Shown here piece by piece: positions 47,041-59,500 of a stretch of DNA of 64,000 nucleotides. The notes under the pieces are model-generated. The model saw nothing but the letters and a program-made list of their open reading frames with translations. It made no database searches and was not told the origin of the DNA. Every line of letters starts with the position of its first letter. The first letter of the stretch is position 1. Location of the stretch: the sequence record OR770614.1; one strand, given 5' to 3'. Both the position numbers and the translations under genes were made by a program.

Positions 47041-49604
47041 TAATTTTCCTCCCTTTTGATTATTGAAATGTTAACATTGTCTTTCATTTCAATATTTTCT
47101 TTTCTGATGATCTTATCAGTTATATTTCTATTATCTAATGTATTAATCTTATCTACATATTTTGTAGTTCCAGTATATTTAATATTTCCTTCATCAATTA
47201 AATGAATACTATTTTCAAATTTATCATCCAATTTAAATAATAGACTTGTATAAATTAAATCAGTTGTATATGATTTGAATAGAGTTATCAATATAGTAAT
47301 ATAATCTCTAATAAAATTAACAACACCTACAAAATTACTATTTGTGAAGTATTGTTCTTTAAGATTAAGATGATTATCAATACTACTTACTAATTCAAAT
47401 ATTCTTTCTCTAAAAATATTTTCTCTATCAAAAACATCTTCATCATAAATTTCACTTTCAACAACTGTATAATAATACAAATCAGGTTCTTTAAATTTAA
47501 GATAATCTGAATAAGTTTTAAAACCTTTAAAAATATCATTACTAGAATTAGTTATAAATAGCTGTTTATGGAGATTAGTAAATTTTTTTCGTAAATGAGG
47601 ATCATTTGAATTATATATTAACTCTTCTAATTCTTTACGAAATTCTTCATTATATTTATACATTTCAATAATATCATAAATGTTAATAAGATCTTTATCA
47701 GAATCACTGTAAGCTAATATATCACTGATGTAAGAATTTAAAGCTGGATATCTAGTTATTTTCTTTTTAGGAGTGTATAATTTATTCTTAATTGAATAAT
47801 CTATTGATCTTCTTATAGATGTTACTAAATTATCTATATTTTCTTCATTTTTATTTTGTTTATAATCTTGATAAGATTTATCTAAAAACTTAACATTCAT
47901 AACTTTAACAAATTCATCAATATCTTTATCAATAGAATTATCTTCTATCATAATTAAATATACATCTTCTTTATTTATACGACCATCACGAATCATTACA
48001 TTTAAAAATTTTTTGTATATTTCCATAAAGTTCTTATAGTAAGATATATTTTTAAAATCAAATTCTCTTTCAGGTTTAGATATCTGTGTCCACAAATATC
48101 TCATACCATCTATAATTAAATCATTTTCAATATAGTATTCTAATTGCGTAGAACCATTTATACCGGTCATTATTTCTGAAATAAATTTAAATTGTCTTTG
48201 AGCTAAATCAGACATTTCATATTCTTTAACAATATCTTCATAGCTTAGCGTATTTCTATTTTTAAATTTCTTAATATTAAGGAAATTTAGTTCTCTAGCA
48301 AAATCAGTGTAATCTGATTTATCAAATTGTCTGGAATAAATATAACTACGAATATCATCTACGGTATCTTTAATATCTGCATTAAAATTATAACCATAAA
48401 TATTCATATTCTTATCATTCTTGATTCTATCATTCCATTTAATATAATTTATGACAAGTGTATTAAGTGTAACAATTCCATCAAAAACATTAAACTTTCT
48501 AGAACTGATTCTTGAGTTAGTCATATTAAAGCTATCATCTTCAATAATATCTTTATCTTCTTTCATTAAGTTAATTAAACTGTATAAGAATGATAAAGAT
48601 TTACTATTATTAATTATATCTATAACAGCATCGGTAGAAAGATATTTAGTTTGTATTACATTAAATGCTTTATTCATAACTTCTTCTTTAGTATTTCTCC
48701 AGTATGGATCAAGATCAATGATTTCATTATAACCGTATTGATTATCATTGTATACATCAAGATTATCATTTACATTTGTTTTATAAAACTTTAGATCATC
48801 TTCATGTTTAGCCAAATAATATTTATTAATGTCTATGGAGTTAATGGAGAATATATCTTCTATAATTGGAAATATCTCATTTGTACCTTTATTACGAATT
48901 AAATCATTTATGCGTTTGTATGTTCTTCTTTGATATTCTAAAGGGAAATCATCAAAGTAATCAAGTCCATTAGAAATGAAAGCATTCTTTAAATCTCTTT
49001 TAGTATATCTATCAACATCAAATACTCTATACATTGTTTTGTTTATATATCTATGTATAGTTGCATTAATTAAATACATATAATACATTTCTCTATAATA
49101 AACTTGATTATTAAAAGCTCTAGTATGTGTTACTTTTTTAAAATAATTAAGAGCTTCAGAATAACTTTCTAATAATAATGATTCTTCTTTTTTATCCAAT
49201 GTATGGTTACTTATTTTAATGATATCAAAATCATTTGCTGTACGTGATACATATGGATCAATATCATATATATTTTGTAATTTTCCATAGTATGGATTAC
49301 GTTCTTTATAGTTTCTTAAAATACTATCTTTATCAAATACTGAATAGTAATCATCTAAAGTGTTTTCTTTAGCTCTAATATATAAATCTGACTTCATCAT
49401 AGAATCATTTGATTCTAATCTATCTGCAAATTCTTGATCTTTTATTATTAAACCTTGACAGAATTTAACTATATCATCTAAATTTTCTATATCTTCTTCA
49501 GTAAAGGCTTTATAAAAATAAAGAGGATTGTATTTTCTTAAATCATCTTTACTGAAGTTCTTATAATCAGTGTATTCTATGGCCATTGAAATCCTCTCTT
49601 TCAT
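47040..49604 (-). CDS. baseplate wedge-like protein
   Basis: 854 aa; LIRNKGT motif typical of wedge proteins; late motif at 49618-49629. Confidence 0.5.
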   Translation of the reverse strand: MKERISMAIEYTDYKNFSKDDLRKYNPLYFYKAFTEEDIENLDDIVKFCQGLIIKDQEFADRLESNDSMMKSDLYIRAKENTLDDYYSVFDKDSILRNYKERNPYYGKLQNIYDIDPYVSRTANDFDIIKISNHTLDKKEESLLLESYSEALNYFKKVTHTRAFNNQVYYREMYYMYLINATIHRYINKTMYRVFDVDRYTKRDLKNAFISNGLDYFDDFPLEYQRRTYKRINDLIRNKGTNEIFPIIEDIFSINSIDINKYYLAKHEDDLKFYKTNVNDNLDVYNDNQYGYNEIIDLDPYWRNTKEEVMNKAFNVIQTKYLSTDAVIDIINNSKSLSFLYSLINLMKEDKDIIEDDSFNMTNSRISSRKFNVFDGIVTLNTLVINYIKWNDRIKNDKNMNIYGYNFNADIKDTVDDIRSYIYSRQFDKSDYTDFARELNFLNIKKFKNRNTLSYEDIVKEYEMSDLAQRQFKFISEIMTGINGSTQLEYYIENDLIIDGMRYLWTQISKPEREFDFKNISYYKNFMEIYKKFLNVMIRDGRINKEDVYLIMIEDNSIDKDIDEFVKVMNVKFLDKSYQDYKQNKNEENIDNLVTSIRRSIDYSIKNKLYTPKKKITRYPALNSYISDILAYSDSDKDLINIYDIIEMYKYNEEFRKELEELIYNSNDPHLRKKFTNLHKQLFITNSSNDIFKGFKTYSDYLKFKEPDLYYYTVVESEIYDEDVFDRENIFRERIFELVSSIDNHLNLKEQYFTNSNFVGVVNFIRDYITILITLFKSYTTDLIYTSLLFKLDDKFENSIHLIDEGNIKYTGTTKYVDKINTLDNRNITDKIIRKENIEMKDNVNISIIKREEN

Positions 49605-49619
49605 TTATTTTTCTTAATA

Positions 49620-50090
49620 TTTAGTTGTTACTTGAGAATTTATATTTTTATCAAATAAAAAATAATATATTATTATATTTCTATCAAAATATAATAATAT
49701 ATTTATTATGATTTTTAATTTTTTATATTAAAATTGGTATTAATAAATATATTAAATTAAAAATTATAATGAAATTCATACAAATAAAATTAACTTAATA
49801 ATATATTAATGAAGATTATTAAAATTAAAGAAATGAAATATTTATACAAATTTTTTTAGAAAATCTCCAGAATATATTATTATATTTTTAATATAAAATT
49901 ATATAAATAATAAATAAATATTTTTTAGGGGAATAATTTTTAAAATTTTCTTTAATTTTAATTAATATTATAAAAAATAATAGTAATTAAAAATATTATT
50001 AAAAATAAATTAATATATTAAATTTAATAAAAGAAAATTTCAAAGAAAAAGTAATAATGAATTTGATATTAATTAATAAAAAGGAATTGA
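49620..50090. promoter_or_regulatory. extremely AT-rich divergent intergenic region with several ATATATTAT motifs
   Basis: About 470 nt with almost no G/C; shares a 42-nt element with 3186-3227. Confidence 0.6.
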
Positions 50091-50096
50091 ATAAAA

Positions 50097-50732
50097 ATGG
50101 ATAATAAAAATATTGATATAAAATTCAATAACTTAAATAATAAAAAAGTAAAGTTAAATAAAAATAATAAGATCAATAATGTATTAATAAAAAAAGATTC
50201 TAATAATAATACAATATTAGTAAATAAACAAAGTAAGTTTCAAATATCAAGTTTATACTTTGAAATAGAATCAGAAAATAGTTTAAAGAAATTCATCAAG
50301 AATGTAGAAGGATTAGTAAGAAGATCAAATGAATATAAGAAATATTTATCAATATTAAAAGAAGGATACAATTTGAAAAATGATATAATAATGTCAAATA
50401 TTACAGAAGATATGGCAACTACAGAATATCATCACTTTCCTTTTACTCTTTATGAAATTGTTGAAATTGTTACAAATAAAGCTATCATGGAAGATGAACA
50501 GTTTACATCAATAGATATAGCTGAAAGAGTTTTAAAATTACATTTTGAGAATAAAGTAGGATTAGTATTATTAACAAAAACAAATCATCAATTAGCTCAT
50601 GCAGGTAAGATTATAATACCATTATCATCAATATTTGGTAAAGTAAATGAATTTGTAAGTTATTATAAAGACTATATACTTGATCATCAAATAGAACAGT
50701 ATAATGAACTTATAGAAGCTTCAGATATATAA
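50097..50732 (+). CDS. hypothetical protein with an HNH-like (His-Me finger) motif
   Basis: TEYHHFPFTL...VGLVLLTKTNHQLAHAG. Confidence 0.55.
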   Translation: MDNKNIDIKFNNLNNKKVKLNKNNKINNVLIKKDSNNNTILVNKQSKFQISSLYFEIESENSLKKFIKNVEGLVRRSNEYKKYLSILKEGYNLKNDIIMSNITEDMATTEYHHFPFTLYEIVEIVTNKAIMEDEQFTSIDIAERVLKLHFENKVGLVLLTKTNHQLAHAGKIIIPLSSIFGKVNEFVSYYKDYILDHQIEQYNELIEASDI

Positions 50733-50815
50733 ATTTTTAATATTTATTTTAAATATATATTATATAAATGTAAATCATTAAAGATTTATATATTATATAA
50801 AAATTAGGAGATGAA

Positions 50816-51607
50816 ATGGATATGACAGAAGAAGCTTTAATCAAGGCTATATATTTATTTAAGGAAGATAAGAAAGATATTGAAATTGATATAGCTAAAA
50901 ATATTATGGATGAACTTAAAGAAGAGGATAATCGAAAAGAATTTGATGATTTAGAAAGAAGATTAATCAATATTGAAGATACAAAAACATTTAGAGATTT
51001 TTATAGTTTTAAAATGATTAGAAGAAAATCAGATTTTATTAAAGGAATTGCTTTTGATAATTTTAATGATTTCTTTTTAGATAGTTTAGAACTTAATAAA
51101 GATTATAACTTTGCTAAAAATATATTTGAATTTTTAACAATCTTAAGAAAACAAGATAAATCAGAAATGTTTCCAGATGGAAAAGAAAATATTGAAGATA
51201 GATTAATTGCATTAATGTCTAGTTATATTACAGAAGAATATAATAAGAAATATAATTTAAATTATTATAATATATACAATATTATGGTAGCTACTTATAT
51301 TGATATGTATATTTTCTTCTATAAAGAAGAATTAATGAACGGTAATAATATTTTAGAATTAAAAGAAGAATCTAATGAAATTAAATTATTCTCTGAAAGT
51401 TATATTAATGATTTCTTAAATGAATCTATAAAAGCTACAGAAATATTTGATGAAATTAATAGTAGTATATTAAAGAATTTTCCACCACAAGTTAAACCTG
51501 ATATTAATAGTTTACTACATGAAATTAAGAAACAAGCAAGTAAAATTGCTAATGAAAATAATGTAGACATGTCACTAGTAAATACTCTAATTGAATATAA
51601 AAAATAA
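50816..51607 (+). CDS. hypothetical protein
   Basis: 263 aa; AGGAG RBS with ATATATTAT at 50790-50798. Confidence 0.8.
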   Translation: MDMTEEALIKAIYLFKEDKKDIEIDIAKNIMDELKEEDNRKEFDDLERRLINIEDTKTFRDFYSFKMIRRKSDFIKGIAFDNFNDFFLDSLELNKDYNFAKNIFEFLTILRKQDKSEMFPDGKENIEDRLIALMSSYITEEYNKKYNLNYYNIYNIMVATYIDMYIFFYKEELMNGNNILELKEESNEIKLFSESYINDFLNESIKATEIFDEINSSILKNFPPQVKPDINSLLHEIKKQASKIANENNVDMSLVNTLIEYKK

Positions 51608-51617
51608 TTAATAAAAT

Positions 51618-51650
51618 TGAGGTAATGATCATTAATTTGATCATTACCTC
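51618..51650. terminator. bidirectional terminator
   Basis: GAGGTAATGATCA / TGATCATTACCTC with a long T-run. Confidence 0.8.
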
Positions 51651-51665
51651 TAATATTTTTTTTTT

Positions 51666-52928
51666 CTAAAAAATATCCATTTTGTGAATATCTTTTTTTC
51701 TTCCTTGATTAATTAATTCGTTAATCATATTAATCTTTCTCATATCTGCATATAATACAAGTGTATGAACTACATTAGACTGTGGTTCTTTAACAATCAA
51801 TTCGAAATTATCATAGTCAATATAAAATTCACTTTTATCCATAGGTTTATTATTTCTGAATAATTTGAATTCAATAATTTTTTCTATATTTCCACCAATT
51901 TTATTAATTTCTTTAATAGATTTTATTATGTCTTTATCCATTATAGACTCTATTGGAGTACTATCAAATTTAACATTCATTTCAGTATTGAAATTTCTTT
52001 CAAGTAATAATTTCATTCCTCTATCATTTTCTTTAGGAATCATATCTTGTAAAATAGCAATATCAAATTGTAATATATCTTCACCAGGATTTTCTATCTC
52101 TCTTTGAATATTAAAGTCTTCTTCAATTTCTAATATATAACTACCAGGTACCCATAATTCAGCAGATATTGCATATTTAACTGCACTCTGTTTATTTATT
52201 AAGTTACTTATTTCATTTTCATAATTAACTAAATCTGGATAATTTAAAAGTATATTAGTTGTAAAATCGTAAGTATATTTCTCTTTACCATTGGCTAAAT
52301 TTTTTTTGTTAGTTATTGGACCTAATCCATTAGACATCATATAATCATTTAACTTAAGTCTATCTTCATTGTTATTAATATCTAAATTTAATTTCTTACA
52401 TATATTTACAATAAATATTTCTGGTAATTGTGTTGGTATTCTTATTTCATTTGCAAAATTATATCCACCAGATTCAAAAGTTTGATTAATATGATTAAGA
52501 GTATTCCAAGCACCCATTTGTGTTTGCAATAATATACCATAATTAAATACTATTTTATATCTTTGAGGTACCATGAATATTCTTATACCTCTTGTATCAT
52601 CTTCAAATATCATTCTATAATTTCTTTTTAAATTCTTCATTACAAATCTATCTGTTTTATGCCACATCGGTAAACTAGACATAAAACCATCGCCTAATTC
52701 AAATTGTGTAGTCATAGCTAAATGAGGATATCCCTTTTTTAAATTCTTCATATCTTTTAAAGAATTTGAATTCAAAGCTGTACTTACATAAGTTGAAGCA
52801 AAAAAATTGCTAGGGAACATTGATTTAAAATAATTCCACATAAATGACTGTACACCACTTATGACACTTGATAATGAAGGCGATGCAGTACACATTGAAT
52901 AATTACTATTTTCTCCTAATTGAGGCAT
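51666..52928 (-). CDS. probable virion structural protein (tail completion-like)
   Basis: 420-aa ORF; beta-rich structural-type sequence; function inferred only from context. Confidence 0.5.
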   Translation of the reverse strand: MPQLGENSNYSMCTASPSLSSVISGVQSFMWNYFKSMFPSNFFASTYVSTALNSNSLKDMKNLKKGYPHLAMTTQFELGDGFMSSLPMWHKTDRFVMKNLKRNYRMIFEDDTRGIRIFMVPQRYKIVFNYGILLQTQMGAWNTLNHINQTFESGGYNFANEIRIPTQLPEIFIVNICKKLNLDINNNEDRLKLNDYMMSNGLGPITNKKNLANGKEKYTYDFTTNILLNYPDLVNYENEISNLINKQSAVKYAISAELWVPGSYILEIEEDFNIQREIENPGEDILQFDIAILQDMIPKENDRGMKLLLERNFNTEMNVKFDSTPIESIMDKDIIKSIKEINKIGGNIEKIIEFKLFRNNKPMDKSEFYIDYDNFELIVKEPQSNVVHTLVLYADMRKINMINELINQGRKKDIHKMDIF

Positions 52929-53039
52929 ATATTTACCTACTTTCTATTATCATTATAATAATAAAAATGTTGAGTAATTTTTTAAAGTGCATTATTAACT
53001 TTTATTATATATTATTAAAAATGAAGGAGAAATTTAAAA

Positions 53040-53459
53040 ATGACTGAAACAATTGAAAGAGTAAAAATTAAAAATAAAGATCTTAATAAAGTACATGAAA
53101 TTCTTTTCAATATCCCATTAAATGGTAATAAATCTAGACATCGTACTAAATTTATTAATAATATTAAAGAAGCTCATGAAGAGTTTGCTAAAGATAGAGA
53201 AGAAATGATAAATGAATTTTCTAAAAAAGATAGTGAAGGAAATTCAATTCAAGATCCTAATGATCCTAATAGTATTATTCTTAATATTCAAGAATTTCCA
53301 AACGCTAAAGAAGATATACTTGCTATTGATGTTGAATATGCGTATATTCCTGTAAAAGATAGAGAAATATTATTAAATATTATCGATGGAATGGAAACTC
53401 AATTATCAGGAGAAACTGCAATTATTATTGATAGTGTAGCAGAGCAGTTAGAAGATTAA
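53040..53459 (+). CDS. DUF1617-like phage protein
   Basis: L.GNKSRHRTKF...EEFAKDREEMINEF.KKDSEGN resembles the Firmicute siphophage tail-region family. Confidence 0.5.
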   Translation: MTETIERVKIKNKDLNKVHEILFNIPLNGNKSRHRTKFINNIKEAHEEFAKDREEMINEFSKKDSEGNSIQDPNDPNSIILNIQEFPNAKEDILAIDVEYAYIPVKDREILLNIIDGMETQLSGETAIIIDSVAEQLED

Positions 53460-53503
53460 TAAAACACATTAATATCAATAAGACGGAAGGATGGTGAAAA
53501 AAT

Positions 53504-56500
53504 TTGATTAGTATTCTAGATAAAGAACGTAAAAGAATTGAAGGTAAATTAGTTGCAGAAACTTTTGAAAATGTAATCTCTAGTGAGAAATTAGTATATG
53601 ATTTTAGTAAGAAAACTGAAATTATTGATATTGAATTCAAAAGTAAAAACTACATTTCAGAAAATACACATATAATTATTAAAGATGAAAGTAAGAATGA
53701 TTCTGAATTTGTTTGTATCGAAGAAAATGGTTTAAAATCTTCGTTAATTCCTGCTTATGTAAAAGATTTAAATAATGTCTTTATGAATTCTAATGAAGAA
53801 TTAAATGGACAATTAAAATCAGTATTAAGCACTTTATTATTGAATACAGGATATAATATTGAGTATAATGATTTAGTCGTTGATGAAGAAATTACTTTAT
53901 CTAAAAATAATAAATCTGTATTTGAAAAATTATTGGATATTGTATTTGAAAAAGATCTGTCTATTAGACATAAGTATGATATTAATACAAATGAAAGAAC
54001 TTTAATAATTAATAAAGGTAAAGATTTAAGAAAATCTAATCCTAAAGAAGTTTCTGGTAGAATTCCTGGTTTTGAATTTAATGTAGATAAATCAAATATT
54101 AAAACTGGTTTAATCATGTATAATGATAATAATGAATCTATTACTGTTAAAGACTCATTAAACCAAGCTAGATTTATTAAAGATGAAAATTATATATTTG
54201 ACACTATGGAAGTTAAAGGGAAAACTAGAGATGAAATGGAAGAGATTGCTTCTAAATACCTTAATGACAGTTCTTTGAATGCTATAGATTTAAAAATGAC
54301 TGGTTTAGTATTAAGAAATTGGACTAACTGTCATTATAATAAATTTATATCAAGTCAAATATTCATCAATTATAAAAATATAAAACCTGAGCTAACAGCA
54401 GGTTTCCAAATATATAAATTAGAGAGAAGTTTATTCGATTATAATATAGAGAAATTTAACTTCTTTGCTAAGCATAAAGATTCTAATGAAGTTTATAAAC
54501 CTGAAATGTTAGAGAATTATACTAAATACGCTAATGATAACATCTTTATTAAAGACAATACATCTTCTAAAAGTAATGATGTTAAATTAGTTGAATCTTT
54601 AGTTAATAAACAATTAGAGTCATTTAAAAATTATATTAATGATATTAGCAATAATAAAAATAGTGGTACAGATGGATCAAGTGTATTACAATCAAATAAA
54701 GAACTTAACTTTGATGCTATTATTTCTGATTTTAATTTAATTAAATCTCAAAAAGATCAAGTTGTTAACCAATTAAAATCTATATTTGATTCAGCTTATC
54801 TTAAAGAAGATGCAATTAAAATTCAGGTTAGAGATAAAATTAAAGAAATTAATAATGACTTTGATAAAATAAAATCTGAAGTCAATAAACTTAATAGAGC
54901 TGATCAGAATGAATCATTAATGAAAGATATTAATAAATCATTTGTAGGATTTTATTCTGTAGTTAATAGCACTAAAAGTATTATTGAATTATCTAATGAA
55001 GCTATTAACTTAGAAATGAATAAACTTCAAAATGAATATTCTCATGGTATTAAAGATACTGTATTTTCTGAAATTGGAAGAGTTTTAGGATTATCATATG
55101 ATAGTAAAACTCAAAAATTAACAGGAAATATCAATGTAACTGAGGATATCAATGAAGTAAAAACTTCTTTAGAATTAATGAGAGTAAAAGTTAATAGAAT
55201 TGAAAATGATCTTAATGACTCTGATAGAGGATTGAAAGAAAATTTAATTCGATTAACAGAAAATCTATCAAATGTACTAGGCTTACCTATTAACTCTGAA
55301 TCTGGTTTAATAGATGGAGCTATAGATAATCAAGATACGTTTGATCTTATCCAAAAACAGATTCAAAAAACTAAAGATGAAATTGCTGAATCTAAAGTTA
55401 ACTTAGAAAATACTAAAACAGAATTAGAAAAACAACAAGAAGAATTAGACCAAAAATCTAAAGATATAGATAAAGCTATGGCTGAAGCTAATAGGGTTAG
55501 AGAAGATTTAGGTCAAGAATTAGAAGTTTCTCAAAAAGAGTTTAATTACTATATGGATTCTCGTGGAGATAACTTAATTTTTAATGGTAATGCAGATCAA
55601 GGAGATGAATCAAATTTCCCTGGAATGTATTACGATAATTCAGATGCCTTTCAATCAGCAGCTTCATTTAGAATAGAAGGATTTAACTCTATTGTTTCTT
55701 CTGAAAGATTAATACCGATTAATCCAGAGAAGACATACAAACTTTCTATGTTTATGAAGAATAACAATTCTCTTCCTTCTTCTATAGGTCATTTAAGTTA
55801 TGATAAAGATGGACAATTAATAGAATCTCAACATGTAATGGGTAGTGAAAAACCTGTAATTGAATTAGCTCAAGAATTAAGACAAGGAGATAAAGTTATT
55901 TATTTCAATAGTCTTGATGGTCTTGATGATACTTATAGATTCCAGTCTGCTCCGTTAGATGAAGAAGATGACACTCCTGTTTATGATTATGATAGAGATG
56001 GATCAGTTGTATTACCTAGTGATGCAGATGATATTCTTTCTATAGATGATCCTAATGCCATTCCTGATGAAGAAGAAGACACTATAATATATGCAGAGGA
56101 CACGCCTGAAGAAGATAAAACTACAGAACCTGATGTTCCTATGCCTGATTCTGATGAGCCGGTTGAAACTAATTCAACTCCAGTAGATGAAGAAGAAGCT
56201 ATTAAGAATATGACTAATAATTATAATGTGTCTAATGCTGGAATTGTTAATAGAAATATTAATCCTAATTTAACGGATTATAACGATAATCATTCATTAG
56301 TTATTTGGAATTTCAAGAGTAATGATGGATATAATTATGGTGAATCTACTTATTCTAGAAATGTATTCATGAATGGTTGGGATTATGGTGCTATTGATAG
56401 AGAAAATAATTGTATTTATCTTAATAGACCTTTTGATTTAATTAATTATGATTCTGAAGATGGAGGTTTCCCTGCTGGAACTAAAGTTTCAGGAACATTC

Positions 56501-59500
56501 ACTGATAGTAATGTTGAATGGTCTTTAATTAAAGATGAAGATATCCCTAATGAAGATCAAGATGATGATCCTGAAGAATTTAATGGATGGTATCACCGTC
56601 AATCCTTAATAACTAAAGAAAATATTAGAGGTACTAATGGCTTCTTATATGGTGCTTTCTATATGACATTATACTTTAAAGTAAACCAAATAGAAGATTC
56701 GGATGTTATTGAATTTGAAGATGGATCTAGTGAGCCTAAATTTTGGTTAACTAATATGGAAATGTATGATGTTACAGGTTTAGAATCTGTTAAGAAAACT
56801 GTTATAGATACTAATGAATTAGTAGCTACTATGATGACTAAAAAAGAAATGGATGATTATCGTAAACAGGTAGTCGAAGGTTTCTCTGAAGTTAGTCAAA
56901 CTGTAGATATGATTCGTCAAGAAGTTTCTAAGAAAATAGAAGATTTAGATGATAAAGTAATGACAGATATTACATCCAGAATAGAAACTATAGCAGGACA
57001 GATAGATTTAGTTTCTGAATCACAAAAAGTTGATAAAGAAGAATTAGAAAAACAGATTGGTCAAATAAAAATTGAAACTGACAAAATTACATCATTGGTG
57101 CAAAGAATAGACACAGCTGAAGATAATTACAGTGATTTATCAACTAAAGTAGAACAGCTTGATAGCAGCTATACGATTACAGCAGAAAAGGTTGAAAAAC
57201 AGGGAACTGACATAACAGATCTTTCTGGAAAATTAACAGTTGCGAATAATGCTATAACTCAAGAAGTTAAAGATAGAAAATCTGCAGTTGATGATGCCAT
57301 TGAATCTTCTAAAGCATTAGTTAAAGTTGAAGCTGATAGAATTACTAATTTAGTATCCAAACAAGAATCTACGGATGATACAATATCTAATTTAGAAACT
57401 AGTATTACTGCTGAAATAGGTAAAATAGAAAATAAAGTCACTAATGAAACTAGTGTAGAAGCACTGTCTAATAAGATTAAAATTGGTGGAAATAATTTAT
57501 TAGTAGGTACTGAAAAATTTGATTTGCCTTTTAATAAGACAAGCTTCAGTAGATATGGTGGAATAATCAAAGATGGAATTGGATATTCACTAGATTATAA
57601 TACTGAATCTAACCGATTAGCATGGAGTATATTCCAGAACGTAGATGTAATTCCTAATACAGATTATGTATTAAGTTATAATGCACATAATAAAGAAGGA
57701 ATTACTCAAGGAATTGCATATACTCCTATAATGAGATTAACTGATGATGGTAAAATTTTCGATTCTTTAGAGTATATTATAACTAGTGATACTTATCGAG
57801 AAACTAAAGAAGATATTGACAATCGATATGTAGTTAAATTTAATACAGGTAAAAGTAGAAAAATAAGAATTTACTTTACCTCTAAAGATGTAGATAGTTT
57901 AGCTTACATTTCTAAACCTCAATTAGAATTAGGTAATATTGCTACCGATTGGGGTTTATCTAAGGGAGATCTTGAAGACAGATTTAACAAAGCTGAAACT
58001 AGAATTACTCAGACTGAAGAAGATATTACTCTAAACGCTACTAAATTAACCGAAACTGGTAATCTAATTGAAAAAAATTATTCTGAACTTAAAGTGGAAA
58101 CAGATAAAATTAGTAGTATTGTAAGTGAACAGAAAATATTAGATGATAAAATTTCCGCTAATACTTCTAGCATTAAACAGTTACCTAATCAAATTACTAG
58201 TCAAGTTTCTGCTGTAGAAAAAAGAGTTAATGAGAATATTAATAATATTCAAATTGGTGGAAGAAACTTATTATTGGATAGTTTGAATAAAACAATCTTT
58301 AAACCTAATAATAAAGGATTAGGAATTCCAACAAAAAATAGTGATAATTCTTGGAATTTAACTCCAGACTCAGATAAATCTATTAGTTCTTATTATTTTA
58401 TAAGAGATTCCAATTCAAATGACATAACTTCTGTTGAAATGAAAACTAATGTATGGTATACTTTTTCAATTGATTTAATATTACCTAAAGATTTAAAAGT
58501 TGAAATTGGAATTAATAGTGATGGTATATCCAGACCAGAAGGTATATCTTCTAAATACGATTATCATAATATTAAAGCCAATGAAAGAACAAGAATAGGT
58601 TTTACGTTTAAATGGATTGATAAAAATATAATTGAAAATATTCCAATTATAATACGTCTTAATGAAAGTAACTCTATTGGTATACCTATAATTTATGATA
58701 AAGCTAAATTAGAATATGGTAATAAAGCCACTGATTGGTCTCCAGCACCTGAAGATATTGAAACTAGATTAGTTGCAAGTGAAACTCGTATAACTCAAAC
58801 TGAGAAGGATATAAGTTTAAATGCTTCTTCTATTACGACATTAGATAATAAAACTACTAATCAATACAGTACACTTAAAGTTGAAACTGATAAAATTAGT
58901 GGTATTGTTAGTAAACAAGAAGAAATGGATGATAAAATTGCCACTAATACTTCTAGCATTAAACAGTTACCTAATCAAATAACATCACAAGTTTCTGCAG
59001 TAGAAAAAAGAGTTAATGAGAATATCAATAATATTCAAGTAGGTGGAAGAAACTTATTAGAAAACAGTTTATCTTGGAATAAAGGTTTTGAAGATAATTC
59101 AAATGGTTCCTATAAATATTTATGGAGAATTTATATTGATGAATTATTGAATAAAGTGGATATCGGAGATGAAATTTCTATATCATTTGATTTACAAATG
59201 GAACGTGGAGATGTTTTCAGAATATATGATAGTGTAGTAGATCCAGGAATGTCTATTGGTAGTGATACAATAACTAATGTTGGTAATAAAAAATTTAAAT
59301 ATAAATATACTTCTAAAATAACTAAGACTTCTGGAGATAACACTAGATGGGCTATATATGCTTATAATAATAATAATGGAGATAAATTCTCCATTGAAAA
59401 TATTAAAATAGAAAAAGGTAATAAAGCTACTGACTGGACACCTGCTCCTGAAGATATTGAGACTTCAATATCAACTGTATCTTCTAAAATAGATCAGAAA

